Below, piece by piece: positions 1 through 14,975 of a stretch of 64,000 nt of DNA. Below the pieces are notes generated by a model that searched no databases, had not been told where the DNA came from, and worked only from the letters and a program-made list of their open reading frames with translations. The stretch covers positions 273,482,001 to 273,546,000 of the forward strand of contig OZ024743.1 of assembly GCA_964016885.1 (NCBI GenBank), given 5' to 3'. The stretch's first letter is position 1. Every line of letters starts with the position of its first letter. Made by a program: the position numbers and the translations under genes. The DNA is from Eledone cirrhosa. Taxonomy: Eukaryota.

Positions 1-759
1 TTCAATATGTACTTTCGTGTCTTTACAAGCAACCTTTCTGTTAAAGATAATGAAGACCTGATATCAATTAGGCGCTAAGGATATTATAGAACATTTTGTA
101 TTGTTATTCCTCTTAAGATTTACTAATAAAGACCATTCTCGTATTCTTATTTCCTTTAAGATTTCCTAATAAAAATGCATGATACGCAAATTTCCAATTA
201 TAAATAATGTAAAGCTGCATCAACCCAGTGTTTCATGTTATTTAATATTTCTGATGTTACATACACACCACTGAAACGTTTTCATTGAAACTACACTTGA
301 ATTCCAGGAAAGATTCGGACGTTAATAGTTGTCAGTCAAATTTAAAACTTGAGATCCATATATATATATATTAAAAAATTCCAAAGTCTAAGCTTGTAAT
401 ATTAATTTTTTTAATGTTTTTACTAACATTAAATATGATATAATTAAATCTCCAAAGTAAAAATACAGCAAAAATACTTAAATAATTATTATAATAAATT
501 CTTTATCTGTGATAGTAAATACTGTAGATGTTTTTGGTTGCCATGGACTCCAGTTATAGATTTTATGTCACATTACTCCGAGTATTATTTCTTCTTCATG
601 TCCAGATGATTTCCTTCTGATTTTCGTATTCTCAATATTTTCTCGTTTCCCCAATCTTCCAGGTCAACAGTGATTCTATGATTATGGATACACTGTATTT
701 CATTCTTGTATTTACTCAAATTAGCTCACTTTTTAGAGTATTCTTCCATCGTTGTGGTC

Positions 760-2040
760 TATTTAATAACAGCTGGGCCAGAGATATGCTGGGGCTCATC
801 ATGCAAAGAGAAAGGGATGTTACCTTTCATATTGAGGATCTGCTACATGAGGGCTGAGTTTACAAGAATTGAGTGCTAGGAGGAATTTCAAACAACAAAT
901 TTCCAGAGGGTCAAAAAACTGAGTATGGTATTGTGTGCGGTTTTAGTGTATTGGTTTGAATACAAGTGACAGGGAATGGAAAGATATCGGACGTGCGAGT
1001 ATCTGCAAGGAAGTGGCTCGAGAAGGAGAGGCTAGTTTATAAGAGGTAGAAAAACCAGAGAGTGGAGAGGACATTTGTTTGTCCAATCTTCATATGCAGT
1101 TTTTATTGACTTCATGTTAATCAGTTGATTGACATTTTGGTCGAATGCAGTATAATGTTCCTGGGCTGGTAGAAATACATATCGGGTCACTCACAGGAAT
1201 TAATAATTATTATGGGATGAAGTATTTTTGCATTAAATATGAGTGCCGGTGTTTTTAATACAGATTATTTGCTATAATGTGTATGTGCGTTCGCTAGACC
1301 GATATTCAGAAACTGTTATATTCGATACAATATTCTTTGTTTGGGCATGTTTTTGGCACATTTGCTGTTGAAAACTGTAAACATAAACCCATTTAAGGAT
1401 TTTGGGGTGATCTTTGCTGGAATTTATGCATAGGTGTGAAGTTGGTATGTGGAGCAAACATGACTGCAGAATGCGTGAGGAATGAAGTGTAAAATCTAGG
1501 TCATAGTGGACGTTTGTGTATAGAAAGAGGGATATGTGACAAATATTCAAACTGTTGGTGACACCATATTTACTAATGCGGTTCAGGAATAGCTCTTATC
1601 ATGATAGTTCAATCTTTCAGGAAGCCATAGCCTCAAAACAAGATAGGTAGGGTTGTCAGGAGAGAGGAATGCTGGGCAAGTTGAAAGGTGTGCTAATGTC
1701 GAGGATAATCATACTGCCTCCACTGAATTTCTTGAGGACGAGATTTTCTCACGTTGATAGAGCTTCACCACAGAGTCGACTATCATCATCACCTTTAAGA
1801 TTATTGGTGGGGTTGTGACAGAATGGCAGTTAGCAGAATGACCAAAATGAACTTGAGACAAACTAGCGTTTTTCAAAAGAACGGAATATATAAGAGTAGG
1901 GAAATATTAAAGCGTTGTATGAGGCTATTTGTGAGTAATGAACATTTCAGGGCAGGTGCCTTTGTTGGTATGACGTCTGTGGAAGTACATGCCGAAATGT
2001 TAGGTACGTGTATATGAGGTAGTGATTAAGCACCCAGTGA
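760..2040 (-). mobile_element. Highly degenerate Penelope-like retroelement remnant
   Basis: Minus-strand fragments resemble PLE motifs: ENLVLKKFSGGSMIILD (cf. NIVIKPADKGGAVVIMD), QTKNIVSNITV..SERTY (cf. CLTKNIVYKATV..ERTYIG of GIY-YIG) and HFLADTRTSDIFP. There are many stops. Confidence 0.4.
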
Positions 2041-2540
2041 CTGTTATATAACCCTATATAGAACAATAAACGCACACATGACGAAACAACGAATCCAGCT
2101 TCATATTTGAAAACACTTGTAAAACTATTGTAGATTTTAATACTATTTGTTCACCTCAAATATGTATATTCATTACACCAATTTATGCTTCTATTCAATG
2201 TTTTCGTATTATATCAAAAATCGTTTCTTATATAGGAATTTACTATAATGCAACGTTGCGTTGTATTCACTAAAGGAGAATACAATGCAGTCTCTGACAC
2301 TCTTCTAGAACCCTCTCTAATGCGGTATCGTATTTCATATTTACTTACATCTACTAAACTAAAGCCAAATTGCAGAAGCTGCTTAACAAGGCACTGATTT
2401 ACACAAATGAAGATGTATTTGCGAGAATTATCCAGTAGTCTTGAAAACCGAGTTACGAAAATGTAATAGACCCTATCATTGTTTCATAAAGTTTATTTCT
2501 TTTATTGTAGAATGTATATATACACATACACGCGAATATG

Positions 2541-2544
<4 letters not shown>

Positions 2545-2600
<56 letters not shown>
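2545..2600. repeat. (TA)n microsatellite, representative of dozens in the window
   Basis: Read directly. Similar tracts occur at ~5660, 6910, 7020, 7945, 13490, 14820, 17390, 24300, 27330, 28070, 33395, 34320, 38610, 44215, 53690, 55845, 57850 and 63795. Confidence 0.99.
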
Positions 2601-2604
<4 letters not shown>

Positions 2605-4038
2605 CACTTACAATTTCGCCATTCGTGAGAAATATGTGAAAGGAAATAGTTATATCTATAGAGAAAACTCTTTCCTCTAAATTATAGTCAATGCAATTTG
2701 GTTGGTATTCACGCATAGACAGAATAAAGCCTTTATAAATTCCTTCACTTCCTATTCGTCGTTGTTTTATCATACACTCTCGTAACACCATTGTTGATAT
2801 ATAGCTATTTGTTTATATTCTGTTTTTATTATGTTTATTTACATTGTATTTTATTGTTAATACAACTGAGACTTGCTTGAAATGAAAACAGAAAATATCT
2901 GCATGCCATTAGCACCATATAACTGATACGGCGGGTAAAGAAACAAAAATGTTAAAAGCAGTCGGAAAGTGACATGTTTATTTTCATCTTCTTTAAATCT
3001 ATTTATTAATATGTGCATGAATTTACTCGCAAGAATATTCACAGTAGGTTATTGAAAATATAGATACACATTTTTATTTTATACTTTTATGCAACTTTGT
3101 TATGATTAGATGTATCTGTTTTTGTGAAATTTGTTTTTCTTGGTGTTATTTGTCAATGGGAGTTTTATTTGTATTTAGTCAACGTGTTTGTTATTGTAAC
3201 TTGACACGCGTCAGAATTAAACCAGTATTATTATAATGGACAATTGTCATATGAATCATAACAACAACTATTGCAATGTATTCAAGGGTAGTGTAGTTGT
3301 TTCATTTGAGTTGTAAAATAAACTGGTTGGAATTAATGCTGAGACGTCAGTGATTCAATTTTTTAAAAAATATTTTCTTTTGGATTGAATGGTTGATAGG
3401 GATTCGCCATACAAGTAGGAGAATCATATTTTGTTCACATAGTCATCCCCAACTCATTCGACAACTGCTGGTTTTGGACAAAGGTATACACTATTATATG
3501 CAAAAGAGAATTTCAAATTCTAATAAATTCTATTGTTTATGAAAAATATACCGATGAAAATGTTTGTTTCCAAATCACCTACTTACTACTGAATAATGGA
3601 CATGTTAATCCTTAGATACGGCGAAGATGAACATTAGATCCCAACGTTTATATAACATTTGAAACTTTTGCGAGATTAACTTTGTGAGGTGTTTCGCTAA
3701 TAATATTATTATATTTGATATTACAACTAAGATGCAGTTAATTTAAAAGACGTGTGTGTTTAGAGATTCAATGATTTGAATCAATTCTAGGAAAATATAT
3801 TCTAAAAAGGCTGTCAAGCAGATAGCGTACAACTCTACAAATCTACTTTTAAAATATCAAGAACATAATCTACTTAGTATAAACATCGTAACTCATAAGT
3901 TGATATATTTAACACATGCAACAAAATGAAATGTTTGGCATATACATTCAGTTAATTGTACACACATTATTTCAGACCACATTGCCTATAGATTCTTAAC
4001 GAAAGTGTATCATGGACAGTGAATATGTACGACAAAAA

Positions 4039-4175
4039 ATAATTGTTTCTACTTTTGGCACAAGGCCAGCAATTAACCAGTACATTACTGGTACTTTATT
4101 TTATCGACCTCGTAAGGATGAAAGCAAAGTTAATCTCGGCGGGATTTGAACTCAGACCGTAAAGGGATGTAACTA
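4039..4175 (-). mobile_element. tRNA-derived SINE, 5'-truncated (same family as 27036-27226)
   Basis: Reverse complement of the B-box GAGTTCAAATCC, the body CTTTCATCCTTACG-GGTCGAT and the tail GGCCTTGTGCCAAAAGTAGAAACAATTA. Confidence 0.8.
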
Positions 4176-5196
4176 TCAGAAAGTATAAGTAAATATATTA
4201 TTAGATATTTGACATTAATGGCTACCAGGATTATACCATTATTTTAGAACCAATAAAAGATAACACTGCCTACTTCATTCTAATGAAGTACAACCCATGA
4301 ATACTTAGATAACTTATTATATGGTTTTCGTATTCCTATATAATTCTGCAGCATTTGTTTCACCGTTTAGCACTGTTTCGATTCAAAATTATAACGATGC
4401 CGTTTCATCAGATAACGTTTGAAAACTTTTCACCTAATGACTGATTGTTTACGGCTTTACTGGCGATAATGCTGTATTTACTGGCGATAATGCTGAAAGC
4501 ACAACACATCAATTTATAAAAAAGCTTGCCCTGATGCAAATATTTCTGTTTTATATTAAATAGTTTTTAAATAATGATTAACGGATTACAGTTCTCTGTT
4601 TCTCTAATGTGCTTTACAGGTTTTTATTCCATTTTTCTGATGAAATACGAAATACAAAGTGAGGACTGGTGCATGGAAAAACAAGCCTGTAGGACATGAA
4701 TATCGGCTTTCACCCAAATGTTTCTAACATAAGTATACTCCCCGTCCCCTTCTTAACGTATTGGTTTAATAGAAGTCTAATGTAATGCCGAATGTGCCAT
4801 TTAGTGGGAACAAACCCTGATCTACATGGTTATGAATGGATATCTTACCCATATGATTATTTAAGTATTAATGAATATTTTACAAAGCACAGGCTAGTGT
4901 CAACAAAGCAAAATATAGACGTATTATTTCTTCCATTTTTGTTTTTCGAAAACTCGATTTTCCATTAAAATTGTTTATATCCTAGAATCTGTTTGTTTTA
5001 TCGTTCCTCATTCATTAAAATTTACATTTTCTGGTAGAACTGAATTACATTTTGTAAACTTTTATTAATTTTGAAAAGTGCGTTAAGATGAGTACTTGTA
5101 GACGCACACACACACACATACACACACACACACTGATACACACACACACACACACTGACACACACACACACATATATATAAATATATATATATATA

Positions 5197-5336
5197 TAAC
5201 GTAGGAGGTGTGGTAAGGAACCAGGTGGAACATAACGCACCAGAGTACTCAATACTTACAGTAGTAGAGTGGGTAATAGGAAAATGTTTAACTCCGACGG
5301 CAGAGCTCCAGCTGTTTCGACGGCTATTTCTGGAAT
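5197..5336 (-). mobile_element. Family A non-autonomous HHR-bearing element, 3' fragment truncated in HHR stem II
   Basis: Homologous to 12370-12460 and 42838-42977. Flanked by (TA)n on both sides. Confidence 0.8.
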
Positions 5337-5347
5337 ATATATATGTA

Positions 5348-5756
<409 letters not shown>

Positions 5757-6902
5757 GGAGAGAGAGAGGTTTTTACTTTGAACAGACCATTGACACGCTT
5801 ATCTTGTCTCGCATGTGTGACCCTTATTTTAAATTTAATTTTTGTTGCTACTGTACTACTATTCGCTAGTTAATCGGTTTTCACGTTCAGCCACAATAAA
5901 TTCCCTATATGTATATATTCCCCTATCGTCTACAGTGTATTTTTTTTTTTTGTATTGTCTTACAGGCCTCCTTTTATGTGACCGTATAATTTTTCCCGTA
6001 TCGACTGACATTCTATCTTAGACCGTGATCACGGTTCTAATTTGGTTCGAAAACAACGAGGTTTATTCTAGTATGTCGGCTGATGACCAAAATAGATGCT
6101 GTTGGAAATCTCTATTAAAATGGTCACTCCTCGTTGCCTTGGAAAGGCAACTAGGTTATATGTACCTTTTCCCCTGGATTCTGTTTCAAGAGCAGCATCA
6201 AGCACTCTCAAGCAGTGTGGTGTAATAAATAATTTAATAGTGTAGATGTCGTAGGCTGATAGGGACAGGAATGATAAGAGCTATGATTTCTAAATTCGTT
6301 ACGCTTTTTCTACATAATATTTATGATAAAGAAAATAACAACAGAAAAATTATATATGATATTTTTTTTTTATAGATGCTGCATTAAAATATCATACATC
6401 ATGAATAAAAATGTTAATGAACACACGGCAAAAAATCTATATTGTTTAAATCGAATTTAAACCATATTTTTTTCGTTTATCATAATATACAATGAAATTC
6501 TGCCTGAAGCAGGAAGTGTATGAATTCATGATGTAGAGAGATCTTCCAAATTTATTTATATTAATCATTTCTATATCAGCTGTTTGTAAAAATATATCCT
6601 TTTGTTTACCAGCAATGATAAAGGTTAATCAAAATATTTTCTTAGTGCACTTGATACACGAAGCAAAATAGTTCTAGTAATATTACATGAAAAATTCATT
6701 TGGATTGCGTACGTAAATACAGAAATCATAATATTTGCTTCTATTTCTTTATGTGTGTTCATCAGCAATAGTAAGCATGCAAATTCGTATATATATGTGC
6801 ATTGAAATACATTCGTGACTACTTGATTATTTATATGTAGTATATGTAAAAAGGGGTGTTTTGATTTCTATTTTAAATATATTTGTACACATACACGCAT
6901 AC

Positions 6903-6960
<58 letters not shown>

Positions 6961-7015
6961 ATGTATATATAAATGAATGTATGTGCATATAATGTAGATC
7001 TTTATACACACACAC

Positions 7016-7060
<45 letters not shown>

Positions 7061-7220
7061 AAGGTGAATTCTGTAAGTTGATCCTACAGGAGTAAAGCAT
7101 TCAGATATTTAAAGATAAATCCAGTTAGTATACTTCCAGTCATCGTAGATTCATAATCACAGTGCATATATAAACGCAAGAAATAGCTCACCAAAGTTCA
7201 ACAATTAATACTTTATTTAT

Positions 7221-7292
7221 TTGATATACATATGCTCTATTCTCCAAGCAATATTATTCTCAATAACATTGTAGAGAAATCATCAGAATCAA
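7221..7292 (-). ncRNA. Degenerate hammerhead-like fold in a PLE-terminus-like repeat (~7058-7700)
   Basis: TTGATT CTGATGA TTTCTC..GGAGAAT AGAG CATATG TA TATCAA. The palindromic stem III and GUA site are kept but the GAAA is lost. Confidence 0.35.
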
Positions 7293-7966
7293 TTGTATTC
7301 AATATTATAAGATACATGCGAGCAGAAAAACCACCCTTTGAGTGGTTTTCTACTAGCATGTGTAGTGTGCATATTGATATTATATGCATGTAGATATGAT
7401 AAGTCAAATAAAATTGTAATTGACAATATGCACAGATATTGAAGAGAGACTGTGTTACACTGTCTTCTCTAATTAGTAAAGTAATCCATGATACATTAAA
7501 AAAGACAATATTATATATTAACTGCATTACGGTGTATTGACATTTGGAAGTTTTGGGAAGTGAATCTTAAAATAAGGAACCATTATATATAAGAATATTT
7601 ATGTTTAACAGCTACGAGGTTTAGTAGATATGTAATATTCATTCATTATGTAATATTCATTCATTATTTATTCAAAGTAATCCAACTTACTTTATTAACG
7701 GGCTAAAAAAATATATTCAGGACACAGTCTAGCGCGCCTCCCTTTATTATATTATGATGTATCCATATCTCAAACTCAATCTGTCACAGTTTGTACATAT
7801 TCTTTTTTCATTTTTTCAACGTACAAATACAGGTATATAACTACATCTATACGCACCCATCTATACATACAAATCTATACAGACACACGCACACGCATAC
7901 ACACACACAGACTCACACACGCACGAGCACACACACTCACACATATATATATACATACATATATAC

Positions 7967-8055
<89 letters not shown>

Positions 8056-8389
8056 CATATATGCAAATATATATATAGTCATGATTTGGGAGGTATATAT
8101 ATATATACCACCTAAATCCTGCCTCCAAGTACATTTTATCAGTTATCTCTTCACCAACTTAACACTACATATAATGTACCCTATAGCAGTTTTCACATGT
8201 CAATTTCATACATCTGTATCATATCAGTTCGTTTAATATGCTAGATTCATCATTATACTATATTTCCTACTTATATTGATGTTATTATTTTAACTATTCA
8301 GTATCTAGTTATTTTATTATTGATATTATTGTTCCGTTTAATACCACTCCTCTATAAAAGCCATGCCTGGAGTATCTTCCTCACTTTAG

Positions 8390-8731
8390 AACGCTCTGAT
8401 GAAAACAACTGGTTATAAATAAAGTATTGGAGATCATTTGACGCAACATCAAGTGAGCAGAAAACTTTAGACCTACCAGATCAATGAAACAATTGTCTCC
8501 AATGTGAATGAAGCCCTTATTGTATAGCCAACCATGTCACTCTTCTTTCTTGAATTATTATTACTCCAAGTATAAACTACATAGAAATCACCGCAAACTC
8601 GCAGCATCACTATGGAAACGTCTTGTTGAGTCAAACCAAGCCATACGTTAATACCATCCATTACAGGGAGTACTCTAACTGGACTACATCTAAGTAGACT
8701 ACCTATAACGATAACCTGTTATCCCGTATAT
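8390..8731 (+). mobile_element. Diverged copy of the Naiad-like terminal repeat (pLTR) with an HHR remnant
   Basis: Aligns with 38275-38600, sharing GAAACAATTG, AGCCAACCATG, TTACTCCAAGTATAA, TGTTGAGTCAAAC and AACGATAAC.TGTTAT. CTGATGA at ~8397 and GAAACAATTGTC at ~8486. Confidence 0.75.
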
Positions 8732-8737
8732 CCTGGT

Positions 8738-11200
8738 TGTCAAATTATTTTCCTGAAACGCTGCCTAAAAAAAGATGTCATCCCCACCACCATGAGGAAC
8801 ATCCGCTTACCAGGAAACCTACGTACACCAGCTTTTCAAAACACCACTAACCGCATACATCGCACGTGTATCAAACAGATCCTGAGACATCTCAACCGCC
8901 AATTACACATCCATAAGCGGACACTAGCAGAGCGGAAACATCGACTGCCAATAACACCCGGTGACTTGCTCCTTAAAATCACTAAAGCAATCGACCAGTA
9001 CTACCTCTCCAGAGACCAATACGAGAAAAAACGGCTCAAGTGGAAATATGAGTGGATCTTGTCTAAACTCCACGAGAACACCGACACTAACAAACAGACA
9101 GACCAGAACCACATGGAAAACAACAACGTAACAACCGCCGGCGCTGCCGCATCCACCGACACCGAGCCACACCTCAACGATGCGATGCTCCTGGTCACCG
9201 ACCTAACCGGCACTCTCACGAGCGACGAGCTGAAACTCCTACGCCTCGGACCCAAGTTCATCGTCTCACAACGATTCGACGACAGACTCAAAGTCGACAT
9301 CGAAGCCAACTTGTGTCGAGCCGCCTACCAACTTAAATGGCTGACCCACATCAACAGCGCCACGGAAAATAAAAGCGCCCACGCAACCCACCCCAAGTTC
9401 CCCACTTACCACCCCGACAACCCACTCAACCCCCACCCACCAACCAAGAACTCGACACTAAACTCATCAGGCTAAAACACACCATCTCGGATATACTTCA
9501 CAAACACACAAACACGCACAACACACAACCTCACCAAATCTCAACTCACCACTCTCTCATCTACCTCCCCTCCGACAAGGGAAAGAATTCTGCGTCATCA
9601 GCAGAGAGGCCTACAACACACTGGCCCTCCAACACCTTGTCGATGACAACCTCTACTCCAAGGTCACGGGAATCACTCCCGCGCAGATAGAGGTGCACAT
9701 CAACGCCGCCTGGACCAACATCTGCGACCGGCGGAACCTCCCGAAGAAGCTGAGATACCACCTCCTCGCGAGGAACAGCAGACTACCCGCCTTCTACCAC
9801 CTCGTGAAAACACACAAACCCGACCTGAAGATCAGGCCCATTGTATCGAGCGTGGAAGGACCGCTCTACAAAATTTCATGGCTCCTAGCCAGAATACTCA
9901 AACCCATCTTAGACACCTTGCCAGGACACGTAAACAGCTCCGAGGAGGTGTTGGAGCGCCTGCATCAAGTGGATCCCGACACCAGAAAGGCTAACAGATA
10001 TGCCTTCAGCCTTGATGTAGTCGCTCTCTACACTTCGGTCCCGACACTTACGGCCATTAATATACTGATTGAACGCGTCCAATCCACCGACCTACACTGC
10101 TTCGGGATCATCCACCAACTGCTATCCATTGTCGTTGACAACACATACTTCGGATTCCTTGACCAAACGTACCAGCAAACCTCGGGACTGCCCATGGGCT
10201 CAAGCCTGTCGGGTGTGCTAGCGATCTCATACATGGACAGCCTCGAGCGCAATGCACTCGACGCCTGCCACCCCAACGCCATCGCCTTTTTCTCAAGGTA
10301 CGTGGACGATATTCTCATCCTCACATCTTCCCAAGACATGGCGAACAGAATCTATGAGACGTTCAACAACACGGACGAGAACATTGTTTTCAGTGTTGAA
10401 CACCCCAGCGACGACGGGTCACTTGCCCTCCTCTACTTCCGAATCAACATCACGGAACAGGGAGGGATCCACTGCAACTTCTACCGAAAGGCAGCCTGCA
10501 GGGACCTCTTCGTCCACTACAAGTTCTCCCTCCCTAACAGTGCTAAAAGAGGATTCATCACGAACGAGATCACGCGAATTAAAAACATATGCAGTGATCC
10601 CGCGAGTGGTGTCACCCATACCAAGCGATTCCTCAAAGTGCTGGAGACGAACGGGTGCCCTGCCTCACTTACAAACAGAATAAGAGACACCCGACGCAAG
10701 AGGCAAAGAAACGCCCAAGGCAAGTGCTTCCTTTCTGGGTCGATTGGAATCCTGGGCGAGAATACGACCAACGCTATCCGCAAGGCTATACGGAGGGAGG
10801 GCCTCGACATCCACCTGGCCCACTCGGAGCCCTCCCTGCGAAGATGCCTCTCCAGGTAAACCCGAAAAATCGACTGACGCGTGCTCCCTCAGAAACTGCC
10901 CGATACGCCATACGAACTGTTGCCTACGCACATACGTTGTGTATAAGATGGAATGTAACAGTGCAACCACTACTATATAGGTAGCACAATCCGGCCGCTA
11001 CACATCCGGATCAAGGAGCACATTAACACATGGGCCTCGTCTTTCCGGAAACACATAACCAAATGCGGAAACAAAGACGGAAGGCCTATGGTCACAATTC
11101 TAGCGACGGAAAGAATCGTCGGCACATTACAAATCAAGCAAGTACATTTGATCAAACGCCTTGGGCCACAAATAAATAATCGATCCGAGAGAAGCGATAC
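8738..11200 (+). pseudogene. PLE polyprotein (RT + GIY-YIG endonuclease), frameshifted
   Basis: N-terminal CQIIFLKRCLKKDVIP and LLRLGPKF. RT motifs FYHLVKTHKP..IRPIVS, SLDVVALYTSVP, QTSGLPMGSSLS and RYVDD. Endonuclease CSLRNCP..VVYKMEC..YIGSTIRPLHIRIKEH. Split across ORFs 8792-9475, 9693-10859 and later frames. Confidence 0.92.
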
Positions 11201-11641
11201 GAGGTGGTTGGTTTAAATAAACAAATGATGCAACGACACACACACACACACACACACACACAAGCGATACAACAACACACACACACAATACACACAGCAG
11301 CATTCCACCATACGAACATACTACACTGCTAATACAGACAAAGGAGGCAACAACACACGCACACACACACACACGCACAGTAACATTCTCACCAAACAGA
11401 CAGAGAATACTACCACCACCACGCACTGTTCAACACTGCTAATACAGAAACCACGGGCAGATAATACAATGGATTGACAGTTAACGCCACCCCACTCCCA
11501 CAATTAAAAGAACTATTTCGGCCGCCGTCCTATACTTGACCGACCACTTTTCACGAGCACGCACGCTCTGCTGAATACATCAGATATTCAAAACAACGAA
11601 CAGCGGAGGAAACGTTCCGCACCTTTCCGACAGACAAAAAC

Positions 11642-11678
11642 CCCTCAGTTGATGGATGTGAATCCGAAATATATAGGG
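11642..11678 (+). ncRNA. Degenerate minimal hammerhead in the PLE 3' UTR
   Basis: CCCT CAGTTGAT GGAT-GTGA-ATCC GAAA TATA TA GGG. Stem II has a GNRA loop and stem III is palindromic (ATATAT). The core carries two substitutions relative to CUGAUGA. Confidence 0.45.
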
Positions 11679-11892
11679 ACAATTAAATCTCTCCCAAGGT
11701 AACTCTATCTCGTGTTATTATTTTTATTGTTTACGCTCTTACCTACGTTCTTCTACACACTATACATCTCAATCTATATTCACTTACATCTCTCTCTTCA
11801 CCACCGGATCTTGTTACCCGGAGAATTACCCAGCTGCATTGTTGAGGCTTCCAAAACGGCCTAAAGATAAAAAATATATATATATACATAGA

Positions 11893-12213
11893 ATGAATAG
11901 TGAGCTGCACTGATGAAGGGTAATACCCAGAAACATTCGTGTCTGAAGTTCTGTTTAAATGCCAATACAAGAGCAAGAATGAAGAGTTCATTCTACTCAC
12001 AGGGCTATAAAAATGAGGCTGGTTTGCATAATTGAAAACGAATCGAATGTTATTATTAATATTCGAAAAACTCAGATTACGTTTATTGTATTCAGCCATG
12101 TAGAGCGAACATTTTCTTTTTTTATTTGAATGTGGCAAAGCCGGCCATTTATGGCTCGTATACAGGAAACTGACTGGCTAGTCTGCTGATATGCAAATCT
12201 GGCTGATCAGTGG
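11893..12213 (+). mobile_element. Family E non-autonomous HHR-bearing element
   Basis: Reverse-complement homolog of 62058-62350 and 62500-62780. Confidence 0.8.
11905..11948 (+). ncRNA. Type I hammerhead ribozyme candidate, family E
   Basis: CTGCA CTGATGA A GGGT-AAT-ACCC A GAAA CA-TTCG-TG TC TGAAG. The core and GUC site are intact. There is an A.A at the base of stem II and one stem I mismatch. Confidence 0.7.
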
Positions 12214-12457
12214 ATCAGCTACCCCTTCCTTCCACAAATTGCCATGATAGAATTATGTGTCTCAACAACAAACTTTTGACCAATCCTTGTGACAATCACT
12301 TTTACCATATATGGAATTACCCTCTGAGAAGGTCGGCTATTCATGTACCAGGATAAAAATGTTCATTTAGTCCAGAATTAGCCGTCGAAACGGCTTGAGC
12401 TCAGCCGTCGGGGTCCTACTCGTTCCTATTACCCACTCTACTACCCTAAGTATTGAG

Positions 12458-12460
<3 letters not shown>
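12213..12460 (+). mobile_element. Family A non-autonomous HHR-bearing element
   Basis: Near-identical to the reverse complement of 42885-43132. Confidence 0.85.
12319..12414 (+). ncRNA. Type I hammerhead-like fold, family A (variant core CUGAGAA)
   Basis: ACCCT CTGAGAA GGT-CGGCTA...TAGCCG-TC GAAA CGGCT-TGAGCTC-AGCCG TC GGGGT. Confidence 0.7.
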
Positions 12461-13583
<1,123 letters not shown>

Positions 13584-14807
13584 ATATGCTTATTTTCAAT
13601 GGTTGGTGCGTGCATATATAATATACAAACAGTGCGGAAGACGAAGTGCATAACATCGATATTACATATTGATTTGGTATAGAGATAAGCTACATAATTA
13701 TTACCTATATTATGCTTTCTACAATCGACTATTAATCGCACAAATGCCCACAGTTTACTATATTTCCATCTCTATGTCATTGAGGTACAGAAATTATCAT
13801 GAATTTAGTCAAAGATGATAATACACTATAATGTATTTTTCTGTATAGTTATAAATTAAGGTATGCATAAGTTAATTTAAAGTTCCTCAGTAACAAACGA
13901 TATATTGTGTGATAACCGTTGAGTTTTCTGTTCATTAAAATCGATGTCAATATATTTGATTGATACACAAAAGAGAGTCCTATTGTTACTTAAGGAGCCT
14001 ACAGCGTGAAAAAAATAGCCATGTTTTTATTCAAGGACTATGGCAGATACTTTCTAAGCAGATCATCAAACCTTAAATAAAAATGACCTCTGAAATACTG
14101 CCATTAATATGTCAGATTAAAAAGTGAAGATATACACGCTGAAATAACAGCCCCCACGTTTAAAAACCATAAACGATATGGTTATTGGCGTTTACATTGG
14201 ATAAAGTCCAGGTGAGGAAATGGAAATATGATAGTTGTATTTTAGTTATTCAATATGTTTTCGGGAAGCAAATAGTGTTGACTCACTCGCTACTGAGAGT
14301 AGAATAAGCTATCACGTATATACATTTGGGGTATAAATCATCTGCTCATGATTGCATATAATGCGAGCACGAACTAATTTACAGTAGCAGTAATATAATA
14401 TAGTGTGATTCATACTAAAAACGTATATAACTGCATGTACGATGTGATTATATACAATAAATAAATATGTCTCTATATGAATATTCTAAGCTGTAATTGT
14501 GTCAAAGCAATCTGAGCAGCTGGTGTGAGAACACCATATATGTTTCGTATAACCATTATCGGTGGCGTTTATATATTTTTCATAAAATAAATGTAAATGT
14601 CTTTTTCTACTCAAAAGTATTGTGTTTTCGTTCAGGTAATGTTTACCTGGTTCTATATTCATTAATCCTATGTAATGTGATAGAGGAAAAGCAAACTATA
14701 TTAATAAAATTTGGAATATAACCATAATTACCTCCTTGGCGTATAATGTGAAATCGAATTTTAATTATACGATCTTCTTGTGGTTAACCACATACACACA
14801 CACACAT

Positions 14808-14884
<77 letters not shown>

Positions 14885-14975
14885 CATGTGTATATATACA
14901 TATATGTATGTATATACATGTATATATATATATATATATTAGTAAAGGGAAGTGAGGTTCTATAGAAAACAGAGC

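Larger units (their letters stand above)
8735..11875 (+). mobile_element. Penelope-like retroelement (Nematis-like), 5'-truncated, with 3' UTR
   Basis: RT followed by a C-terminal GIY-YIG endonuclease, then a CA-rich 3' UTR ending in (TA)n. The clade call comes from motif recall only. Confidence 0.92.

Noticed and set aside
4637-4655. CTGATGAAATACGAAA
   Set aside because: There is no stem II or stem I pairing, so this is a chance match. The same applies to motifs near 4405, 40390 and 46840.
6020-6140. CTGATGA..GGAAA with nearby hairpins
   Set aside because: No stem I or stem III consistent with a hammerhead could be formed.
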